Origin: an uncultured archaeon
GTDB taxonomy: Archaea; Asgardarchaeota; Lokiarchaeia; Sigyniarchaeales; SOKP01
DNA length: 33,486 nucleotides
Assembly: GCA_964508365.1 (NCBI GenBank)
Contig: CAZDTP010000045.1
Span: forward strand, 1 to 33,486
Direction: 5' to 3'
Of the stretch, positions 1-7,553 are shown one piece after another. The position numbers were made by a program, and so were the translations under genes. Each line of letters starts with the position of its first letter. Within the stretch, counting starts at the first letter, position 1. The notes under the pieces are model-generated. The model did no database searches and had not been told where the DNA came from. It was given only the letters and a program-made list of their open reading frames with translations.

Positions 1-131
1 CAATTATAAAATAAAGTATGATTTCATCTATTTATATGCTCGGGATATGAATGTTAAGATTCTTGTTTTTTACAATATATTTAATCTATGCTATTTAAGG
101 AAAGATTAAAGTTATTCAAATTAAAAAAAAA

Positions 132-1316
132 TTAGTGTTTGGTGAAAATTGCATCCAAGATAAGCTTTAGATGCTTTGGGTTTATAACCATAAAATAATT
201 ATCATAATTCAAGACATTATCGTTAAAGTATCGAAAATTATTTATGTCATTTTTTTTTGAAGCGTTTAATATCCCTATGTTGCGTAAATTAACGATTAAA
301 TGTTTAAATTCCGTTATATCCTTTTCATAATCTATTGATTCACATGTTACATAATACAATTCTCTTAATTCTTGGATGGTTATATAAAGATTTGCTTTTT
401 TTAGAAAATAGTTAGATAAATTATCCAGAAAAATTAAGTTTAAGAGATCTGATTCTGAGATATAGCTTACCATACTGAATTCATCTGTAACTTGAAGCGT
501 GTCAAATTGGTTTTGAAGAATATCATAAATCTCGAATTTTTTTAAAGTCATTTTTTGATTTAAAACAGGATAAAGCTCTCTTAAAATTTCAATACCTTTT
601 CCAGGAACAGGTACATAGTGCTCGAAAATTAAATCGGTAATTAAATCTATTAATTCTTTATCGATCTCATTGAGGAACGCCAATGAAATTCTTTGCTTTA
701 TAATATCATTAAGCTCGGAGAAAGAAAAATATTCTAATTTCTTCTTAAAGTCAAATTCGCTTAAAATTTCCAGGATTGACGATCTTAAAACTTGATTACC
801 TGTAGATATTATGGTAATTTTGCTTTCTTTGCCGTATTTTAAAAATTTTTTAAAAGCCTCTGGTTGTATGTGTTCAATGTTATTAAACATTAGGGTGATA
901 TTATGATCTACTTTTCTACATGTGAGTTTAAACAAATTCCATAAATCCAAGATAGAAGAATTTAAGAAAGAATTATAATCAAATTTAAAGTTCCTTTTCC
1001 TTCCAACTTCGGTTATTAACGAAACTAAAATCTCTTCCAAACTTTTTTCAGAACAATCAATCTGGATTTTTATAAGTTCAGTATTTAGAGTAGATATGTC
1101 GTTCAAAACCTTATTTACAATGACTTTTTTTCCAATGCCTTGTATACCTTGAAATAATATATTTAGTTGAAATTCATCATGTAATGAATCTTTAAGAATT
1201 GAATAAAGCGATTTTTCTTCTTTTTTTCGATGTAGTATTTTAGGAGGGATATAAGATTGATCAAATAACGCTCTTGGGCCTACAAATCCACTATTTATCC
1301 TTGGCGCGGAAATCAT
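132..1316 (-). CDS. Orc1/Cdc6-family AAA+ protein with degenerate ATPase motifs and C-terminal winged helix
   Basis: N-terminal LFDQSYIPPKILHRKKE matches the Cdc6 YxPxxLxHRE motif. Walker A-like GIQGIGKK (aa57-64), Walker B position reads LMFNNIE, and a wHTH-like C-terminus ends in LIVNLRNIGIL. Confidence 0.8.
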   Translation of the reverse strand: MISAPRINSGFVGPRALFDQSYIPPKILHRKKEEKSLYSILKDSLHDEFQLNILFQGIQGIGKKVIVNKVLNDISTLNTELIKIQIDCSEKSLEEILVSLITEVGRKRNFKFDYNSFLNSSILDLWNLFKLTCRKVDHNITLMFNNIEHIQPEAFKKFLKYGKESKITIISTGNQVLRSSILEILSEFDFKKKLEYFSFSELNDIIKQRISLAFLNEIDKELIDLITDLIFEHYVPVPGKGIEILRELYPVLNQKMTLKKFEIYDILQNQFDTLQVTDEFSMVSYISESDLLNLIFLDNLSNYFLKKANLYITIQELRELYYVTCESIDYEKDITEFKHLIVNLRNIGILNASKKNDINNFRYFNDNVLNYDNYFMVINPKHLKLILDAIFTKH

Positions 1317-1483
1317 TTTTTTTCTTATTTTTTCTTTTTTATTATTAGTTTAGAAATTTATATTTAAACCCCCCGGGAGATAGGTCATTGGATCTAAAAC
1401 TACTCCAATTTAAATTTGAAAACTATTCTACAAGGTGCTAAAAAATTATAACCAAATTGAAGAAAAGTTTATGGTTTTCTGAT

Positions 1484-2299
1484 TTAATTAGTTTTTCTTA
1501 TGATAATTGCATTTTTATCTATAACTTCTTTAAATCTCAATTTTCTAAGCTTTTTTGGAAATATTAAATCTATCTCATCGTATAAATATCCACTTGAATC
1601 AATGGGACCTTCAATTACCCTTAGTTTTGAAGGCGATATAAAATCTTTTTCGAACGATATTATTTTACTATTTCCTGGAAATTTCCTTTTTAATATCGTC
1701 CCAAAAGTGTTACATGCTACAACTGGTATCCTGTTTTCTAGAGCTCGAGTTTTTAAATATGTTTTCCAATTTAACATCCCATCTACATTAATTTGCGTAG
1801 GAGAAAACAATAGATCAGCCCCACTTTCTGCAGCTAGCCTAGGGGTTTCAAAAAATGCCATGTCAAAACAAATTAAAATTGTAAAACTGATTTTTTTAAA
1901 TGAAAAAACTATTAATTCTTTACCTGGTTCAAATTTAAGCTTTTCATATGAATAAAGATGTATTTTATCTTGTCTATTAATCTCATCTCCATTATTATCA
2001 AAGAAATAGCTAGTTATTCTCGGTTTAATCGTATCTTTTCTTTTTTCCCATAAGGCTCCTGATATTATACCTATTCCATATTCTTTTGCTAAATTTTTTA
2101 TAAATTTATAATTATGTCCCCTTTCTTTTTGAATATTAAGTTCTTTTCCATTAGTAATTGATGTCCATCTTTCTGGTAAACAAATAATATCACAATTATT
2201 GTGGTGTTTAATAAGAGAATTCAATATTTTTTCTACTTCAGAGTAACTTTTATCTATTTGGGGTAAAATTTCTGGTTGAATACAAGCAAGACGTATCAT
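1484..2299 (-). CDS. Carbon-nitrogen hydrolase (nitrilase superfamily)
   Basis: Glu-Lys-Cys triad motifs ICLPERW, QDKIHLY and ILICFDMAFFE. Its ATG shares base 2299 with the upstream HAD stop (TAATG). Confidence 0.9.
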   Translation of the reverse strand: MIRLACIQPEILPQIDKSYSEVEKILNSLIKHHNNCDIICLPERWTSITNGKELNIQKERGHNYKFIKNLAKEYGIGIISGALWEKRKDTIKPRITSYFFDNNGDEINRQDKIHLYSYEKLKFEPGKELIVFSFKKISFTILICFDMAFFETPRLAAESGADLLFSPTQINVDGMLNWKTYLKTRALENRIPVVACNTFGTILKRKFPGNSKIISFEKDFISPSKLRVIEGPIDSSGYLYDEIDLIFPKKLRKLRFKEVIDKNAIIIRKTN

Positions 2300-3054
2300 T
2301 AGACTTTTCCGATATAGAATTTTTTATTGATATCAATAATGATATTATAAAGTTCGTTTAGCCTTGAAATTTCATGATCAGGTTTGTTTTCTTCAGAGAT
2401 AATTTCACCTGTAATATTGATATCATATTTTCCCCCACGATGTATATAAACGCTATGGATTTTATTAATTTTAGCTGGTATTATATCCTTGTAAATATTA
2501 TCTCCAACATAAATCGTCTCGTGTCCCTTTACCTTAAATTTATTTAAACAATAAGAAAATAGCTCAGGGTTTGGTTTTCTAATCCCTATTTCATCTGATA
2601 TTACAACTAAATCAATTAAATCGTTTATCCCAAGTCGTAAAATCTTCTCATATTGCTTGATAGGAATTCCATCCGTTATAATAGCAGTTTTAATTGAAGT
2701 TTTCTTAAGTTTTTCCAAGCATTTTAAAACATCGTCGTATAGTTGAATATGCTTAATTTTTTGAGAATGGTAAGCCATTACTGCTGCAGCAATGTATCTA
2801 GCTTGCTCGTTAAAAGTAATTGCATAATTTTCATATTGGTTTAATCTCCTAATAAAGTAATCATAGTGCTTTGAAGAATTAGAACCATATTCATCGACGA
2901 TTTCTTGGATTAAGATTAAGGCTTTTTGCCTCTCAATTTTCAACCCTAAGCTTATCATCGCATCTACACCCTTAACTCTTGCTCTTTGAGAAAGACCGGT
3001 TGAATCGAAAAGGCAATCATCAAGGTCAAATCCTACAAGTTTTATAGCGCACAT
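2299..3054 (-). CDS. HAD-superfamily hydrolase, subfamily IA (archaeal TIGR02253-like)
   Basis: Motif I FDLDDCL, motif II IITDG, motif III KPNP, motif IV YVGDNIYKD. GGAG Shine-Dalgarno upstream. Confidence 0.92.
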   Translation of the reverse strand: MCAIKLVGFDLDDCLFDSTGLSQRARVKGVDAMISLGLKIERQKALILIQEIVDEYGSNSSKHYDYFIRRLNQYENYAITFNEQARYIAAAVMAYHSQKIKHIQLYDDVLKCLEKLKKTSIKTAIITDGIPIKQYEKILRLGINDLIDLVVISDEIGIRKPNPELFSYCLNKFKVKGHETIYVGDNIYKDIIPAKINKIHSVYIHRGGKYDINITGEIISEENKPDHEISRLNELYNIIIDINKKFYIGKV

Positions 3055-3205
3055 AAGCTCCTAATGAAAAACCTTTTATTTCATTTGATTGAAATAAATT
3101 TATTTATTTTTACGAATATATAACCTTTAATATTAATTTATTCTAGGTAAAACTAAAGTTATTTTGAAGAGAATTTTACTACAATATTTAACGGAGATTC
3201 TTTAA

Positions 3206-4366
3206 TTGAAACCTATTGTAGCATTATCTTATTTTCATCGAAAGATTGGTCCACTTGTGTTTTATTCATATCCTGAAAATATGTTAGATGAACAGCTTTC
3301 AACGAGAATAGCAAATATAATGGATCAAACAGTAAGCGAAGGATTTTTTACTCATTCTTTTGAACAAAATATCTCAAACAACTACTATTTTGAAATACCT
3401 TCTGATTGGGCTCGTGGAAATAAGGATATGTTAATGGTTTCTATAATTTTTGATCAACAAATTAATTCGGAAATAGAGCAAAATGTAAACATCTTATGCA
3501 CAGAATTTCTTGAAAAATTACTCTCTAACGAGGAGATTTTCACTGCGTTTTATATAAATGATATTAATAATTTTGAGGAATATGACAAAGACCTTATTCA
3601 TAAAAACAATTCTTTAATAAAATTATGGGTTAAGGAGTTATATTGGGCAACACTTGAAGATACCAGAGAAAAAAGCGAGGAAGAGAAGATTGCAGCGTTA
3701 TTAAATAAAAAACATGTATTTTTAACATTAAAAAAACTTTCAAAAGGCCCAATTGCTTTAGATGGATTAAGAGAATGGTATAACAATGCGTTTCCAAAAT
3801 TAGGTTTTAAAGAGTTAATCGATACTTTAGTCTCCAAACAGTTTATTTTCATAAATCAAATTGGGATTGTAGAGAAGTATGTGTTATTATTGAAGGAAGT
3901 TAGCGCTGAAAGAATACCTCCCGATAGTGTAATAGAATATATTGACGAAAATCCCGATTTAATTGAACTTGAGCTAATTGAATTATTACTACCAAAAGTA
4001 CAGGAGTATTTTAGTATTTACGAAAATAAAAATCAAAAAGAATTGGAGGAAGATACATTCACTTTATTTCAGATTGTTTCTGATCCAAAAAAATATAATC
4101 TACTATCAGAATTAAGAAATGGGCTAATTTCTAAAGACAAATTACCAAAATTAGTCTCAAAAAGAGCACTTGACCACCTCAACTCTTCGTTGTCCTTCCT
4201 AAAAAAATATGATGTAATTGAAGAATTAAAATATAAAAGCGAGCGATATATTTTTTTAAAAACTAATATTCAGATCACTACTGCCTTTCCCGAATATTTG
4301 AGAAAATCATTACCTCAGGAATCTAAACCAGTAATTGCAAAAAAATATAAACCAAAAGGAGATTAA
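3206..4366 (+). CDS. Longin/uDENN-domain protein (NPRL2/FLCN/SMCR8-like N-terminus) with probable tandem winged-helix C-terminus
   Basis: SYFHRKIGPLVFYSYPE resembles NPRL2 SEFHPTLGPKITYQVPE, and DWARGN resembles FLCN/SMCR8 xARG. Two helix-helix-helix-beta-hairpin segments follow. TTG start with upstream GGAG. Confidence 0.7.
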   Translation: MKPIVALSYFHRKIGPLVFYSYPENMLDEQLSTRIANIMDQTVSEGFFTHSFEQNISNNYYFEIPSDWARGNKDMLMVSIIFDQQINSEIEQNVNILCTEFLEKLLSNEEIFTAFYINDINNFEEYDKDLIHKNNSLIKLWVKELYWATLEDTREKSEEEKIAALLNKKHVFLTLKKLSKGPIALDGLREWYNNAFPKLGFKELIDTLVSKQFIFINQIGIVEKYVLLLKEVSAERIPPDSVIEYIDENPDLIELELIELLLPKVQEYFSIYENKNQKELEEDTFTLFQIVSDPKKYNLLSELRNGLISKDKLPKLVSKRALDHLNSSLSFLKKYDVIEELKYKSERYIFLKTNIQITTAFPEYLRKSLPQESKPVIAKKYKPKGD

Positions 4367-4372
4367 GAGCCT

Positions 4373-4624
4373 ATGAGTAAGGGGGAAGAATCGCTCCAGG
4401 ATTTAAAATGCTTACTTGGGAACATGGGGATTGAAATATTTTTCGCAATCGAAAGGGGAGCGAAAGATTGTGAGACTATGAAAATATTCTCAGGGTTACC
4501 AATGGCTTGTATTAAAGGAAGGGTACCGGTTCTCCTCGAATTAAACCTTGTAAAAAAAGATATCGAAGGATACATTTTAACGAAAAAGGGTTTGAGCTTT
4601 AAGAAAAAGATCGAAAACGACTAA
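4373..4624 (+). CDS. Small winged-helix-like protein
   Basis: 83 aa ending LLELNLVKKDIEGYILTKKG, a typical wHTH wing (Y-x-L-T-x-x-G). GGAG upstream; 6 nt after the longin gene. Confidence 0.6.
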   Translation: MSKGEESLQDLKCLLGNMGIEIFFAIERGAKDCETMKIFSGLPMACIKGRVPVLLELNLVKKDIEGYILTKKGLSFKKKIEND

Positions 4625-4630
4625 ACAATA

Positions 4631-4716
4631 AATTTAAATTTCAGTTTGGGGCGACAACATCATCGCTTTGAGCAAAAGCTCTTTCGATTGTCATAAGTTC
4701 ATCATTAATCTAAATT
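4631..4716 (-). ncRNA. Box C/D sRNA (2'-O-methylation guide-like)
   Basis: Perfect C box ATGATGA (4705-4699) and D box CTGA (4644-4641). A 10-bp terminal stem AATTTAGATT/AATTTAAATT has exact K-turn geometry (3-nt bulge). Internal D'-like AAGA and C'-like ATGATGT are closed by a GCTTT/AAAGC stem. Confidence 0.75.
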
Positions 4717-4725
4717 CTTATTGTT

Positions 4726-5223
4726 TTATAATTCACCATCAGTTAAATTTTTTTTCCTAGGGAATTTCTTTTCGTAATATCCTGGCGTTTTTAAACCACC
4801 ATATTCAAGAAGTAATTCTTTTAATCCCCCCTCTTCTTTTATCCGGTTTTTTATTCTGTGATAATCCATGGAACATAATTCATTTTGTTCTAAAAGAAAG
4901 TCCAATATTTTTAAAGCATCCTCGGTTTCTGTACATCTTCTAAGGAAGTCAATCGCTCCAGGATTTTCTAAATCTTCGCAATAGGGTTCTTTTGGATGCT
5001 CTTCATTCTCTTCTTGTTCCTGCTCGATATCGTCATCCACTCCTTCAATCTTGAGAGTTTTTTTTTTTACAGATAATTCATGCATTAATTGAGGAAATTG
5101 AGTCTCTAAATCGCTTTTATTGTATGAAATTCTCAATCCTTCTTCATCGTTAATTTCAAGGTTTTTCTTCAATTTATTCTCTAGAGTATTTTTCTCTTTG
5201 TTTTTTTCTTCTTTTCCTTTCAT
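4726..5223 (-). CDS. DUF2095 family protein
   Basis: NPGAIDFLRRCTETEDALKILDFL and GGLKTPGYYEKKF match the archaeal DUF2095 pattern; low-complexity K/E N-terminus. Confidence 0.75.
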   Translation of the reverse strand: MKGKEEKNKEKNTLENKLKKNLEINDEEGLRISYNKSDLETQFPQLMHELSVKKKTLKIEGVDDDIEQEQEENEEHPKEPYCEDLENPGAIDFLRRCTETEDALKILDFLLEQNELCSMDYHRIKNRIKEEGGLKELLLEYGGLKTPGYYEKKFPRKKNLTDGEL

Positions 5224-5427
5224 TTCTTTATTTGCTCTTTTTTATTTTTTCTGACATTTTTCTTATTTTCCATGTTCCAAGTGATAAAACATTCAAGGTT
5301 GTATTATGTATAATTGTAAATTTAAAACTATAAAATTATCGACATCCATATAAGAAGATGAAACAATAAAATTAATTAATTTTACATTATTTCAACATTT
5401 ATTATACCATTGGAGTTTGCCTAAATC

Positions 5428-6012
5428 TTGAAGTCTGGATATAGTTATGTGAAAGATACATTCGAAAAACACGAAACTGGATACCAAACACCTCATTGGA
5501 AAAGGGGAATTGAATATAGAAGAGGAAAATCTATCGAGCGAGTTGAAAAACCAACTAAATTGCATAGAGCACGTACTTTAGGATATAAGGCAAAACAAGG
5601 ATATGTCGTTGTTCGAGCTAAAATCCGAAAAGGTGGGATGCATAAAGTTAGACCTAAAAGAGGCAGAAAACCTCGAGCAATGGGTGTCTCTAAGTATACA
5701 ACCGGTAAAAATTTACAATGGGTAGCTGAAGAACGCGTACAGCGAAAATACCCAAATTTAGAGGTTCTGAATAGCTATAAAGTATATGCCGATGGAAGGA
5801 ATTGGTACTATGAAGTTATTATGGTGGATCCAAATCATCCAGTTATAAAATCAGACCCAAAAATTAATTGGATTTGCGAACCTCAACACACAAGAAGAGT
5901 AACTCGTGGTTTATCTGCTTCTGGAAAGAAAGCCCGAGGATTATATAAGAAGGGATGGGGTTCTGAAAAAACCCGACCAAGCTTAGGTTCCAATAAGGGG
6001 CGTGGAAAGTAA
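5428..6012 (+). CDS. rpl15e: 50S ribosomal protein L15e (eL15)
   Basis: ERVEKPTKLHRARTLGYKAKQG, EERVQRKYPNLEVLNSY, YEVIMVDPNHPVIKSD. TTG start. Confidence 0.98.
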   Translation: MKSGYSYVKDTFEKHETGYQTPHWKRGIEYRRGKSIERVEKPTKLHRARTLGYKAKQGYVVVRAKIRKGGMHKVRPKRGRKPRAMGVSKYTTGKNLQWVAEERVQRKYPNLEVLNSYKVYADGRNWYYEVIMVDPNHPVIKSDPKINWICEPQHTRRVTRGLSASGKKARGLYKKGWGSEKTRPSLGSNKGRGK

Positions 6013-6149
6013 TTAGTACTACTCACTTATCCCTTGTTTTATCTACTTCCTAATAAAAGTAAAATTTTAATTAATTGCGTATTATTAAATCATATTAAAA
6101 AACAAAATAATAAATTATTTTAGAACTCAGGACTCGTAGCCTAGCATGG

Positions 6150-6178
6150 TTGTTTTTACTTCAGTATAATTAGTGTAA
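6150..6178 (+). other. tRNA intron in D-loop (after G19), 29 nt
   Basis: BHB-like: central helix GCAT/GTGT (two G-U pairs), bulges GG|T and AA|A, outer helix CCTA/TAGG. Inner helix weak. Confidence 0.8.
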
Positions 6179-6219
6179 ATAGGGCGTCGGACTTCTAATC
6201 CGAAAGTCGCAGGTTCGAA

Positions 6220-6250
6220 ATTATGAATTAAAAAATAATTCAAACGAATG
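6220..6250 (+). other. tRNA intron in T-loop (59/60), 31 nt
   Basis: Canonical hBHBh': central helix TTCG/CGAA, bulges AA|A and TG|T, outer helix is the T stem, inner hairpin TGAATTA/TAATTCA. Confidence 0.9.
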
Positions 6251-6447
6251 TCCTGCCGGGTCCGCTTAATTTCAAAATAATAATGTGATAATTAGTGTGA
6301 ATTCATCGTAGGCAGATGATTTAAGTTTAATGGTTAACGCTAAACAAAAAAAATTAATAAATCATTAATATGATTTTTTTTTAATATTTGATGCATTTTA
6401 AATAATTAATTAATATTTTTGAATCACCTTAATGAACCAAGGATTCC

Positions 6448-7173
6448 ATGCTTAAGAAAAAATTATTTATTCATCAGAATATCCCCTATGCCTTTAACTG
6501 GAATATTGCTCACCATAAACAAAAATTATCTTCCAAAAACCCTTATCGAGAAGAATTTAAAAATCTGGGTTCGTATTTTAAGAAGATTTACCAAGGAATC
6601 ATACCGAATGAGCTGTTCAATTCACGGAACCTTCCACGCGTCTCGCAATTTAAGATCCGAGGATTGAGACCCGCGTTTATAAATAGTTTTAGTAAAAGTT
6701 TAATTCGAGAAGGAAAAATAGAACAATATGGTTCGGATTCAAAATTACCTAATTATGCCAAGGATGTTTATGTAAATTTTAAACTTAACGAAATTGGTAA
6801 AAAACCTGGCCACGAACCGATTTTAAAGAATATTTTAATCAAAGATAGTAACTCTGTTGCGATTGAAATTCCTATTTGGAAAAAAATGGATAATAAAGTA
6901 CTAACCGGACATATTGATTTGATCCAAATAGAAAACAATCTAGTAAAAGTTATAGATTATAAGCCGGAAGGAAATTTTATGATTTCTCTACCACAAGTTG
7001 CCACATATGGTCTTTTAATTAAGTCAATGTTCAATTTACATAAAATTAAGTGCGTTTCCTTTAATAAGAAGGAAGCTTGGGAATACAATCCAGAAATTTT
7101 ATTGTCTGATGTTAAAAACTACTTAATTTCACAGAGATTTAACGACAGGAATTGGGAAGACTTCTTGATATAG
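6448..7173 (+). CDS. PD-(D/E)XK nuclease, RecB/Cas4-like fold without Fe-S cysteines
   Basis: AIEIPIW, GHIDLI, VIDYKP, QVATY motifs; only one Cys in the protein. Confidence 0.8.
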   Translation: MLKKKLFIHQNIPYAFNWNIAHHKQKLSSKNPYREEFKNLGSYFKKIYQGIIPNELFNSRNLPRVSQFKIRGLRPAFINSFSKSLIREGKIEQYGSDSKLPNYAKDVYVNFKLNEIGKKPGHEPILKNILIKDSNSVAIEIPIWKKMDNKVLTGHIDLIQIENNLVKVIDYKPEGNFMISLPQVATYGLLIKSMFNLHKIKCVSFNKKEAWEYNPEILLSDVKNYLISQRFNDRNWEDFLI

Positions 7174-7180
7174 GTAAAAT

Positions 7181-7453
7181 CTAGTTCATTTTTGTTTTTA
7201 CTTTCTGGATCGATTTATTACTCCCCTCTTCTTTTGGAATGACATATCTTCGAAGTAACAAGTAGCTTATGATAATACCTATAACTTCAATGGTAATTCC
7301 AGTAAAAGCAATTATAGTACCATTAAAACTGGCTAATCTCAGGAATATTGCAGAACCTAAACCAGAAATAGTAAGTCCTACAAGAAGTATTCCAATTAAA
7401 ATCTGTGAAAACGAAGCCTTTATGTATCCTAATTCCTTTTTTAACCAGGGCAT
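7181..7453 (-). CDS. Small two-TM membrane protein, unknown function
   Basis: Two hydrophobic segments (aa ~15-38 and ~45-67) and a basic tail; fills the gap between convergent genes. Confidence 0.65.
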   Translation of the reverse strand: MPWLKKELGYIKASFSQILIGILLVGLTISGLGSAIFLRLASFNGTIIAFTGITIEVIGIIISYLLLRRYVIPKEEGSNKSIQKVKTKMN

Positions 7454-7553
7454 AAGTAATTCAAATGATTTTATATAGAGTTTTAGTGGAAAATGTAAGT
7501 AAATTAAATAATAATAATTTTAAAATTTTTGTTATTTCTTCTTGAAGTGTTTG

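Larger units (their letters stand above)
6130..6264 (+). tRNA. tRNA-Arg(UCU) with two non-canonical introns; exons 6130-6149, 6179-6219, 6251-6264
   Basis: Spliced 75-nt cloverleaf: acceptor GGACTCG/CGGGTCC, D stem GCCT/GGGC, anticodon stem TCGGA/TCCGA with TCT at 6194-6196, T stem GCAGG/CCTGC, discriminator G. CCA not encoded. Confidence 0.93.

Noticed and set aside
1360-1425. Possible replication origin (ORB) next to the Cdc6-like gene: G-string and TCCA
   Set aside because: The TCCA..GAAAC core and spacing do not match, there are no repeated copies, and the spacer is only 167 nt.
3074-3097. 9-bp inverted repeat TTTATTTCA-N6-TGAAATAAA in the HAD/longin divergent spacer
   Set aside because: Almost entirely A/T; expected by chance at this composition and no second copy was seen.
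4688-4698. D' guide as a tRNA-Met C34 methylation guide (TTATGA complements UCAUAA)
   Set aside because: Pairing would need G at tRNA position 32 and a different D' box; only 6-7 bp match.
4631-4716. Lokiarchaeal SECIS interpretation of the structured RNA
   Set aside because: No continuous helix II follows the tandem GA core, and the upstream DUF2095 gene has no in-frame TGA. Box C/D geometry fits better.
6265-7553. Integrated element at the tRNA-Arg 3' end
   Set aside because: No integrase, no duplicated tRNA 3' segment found in the window and no clear composition shift.
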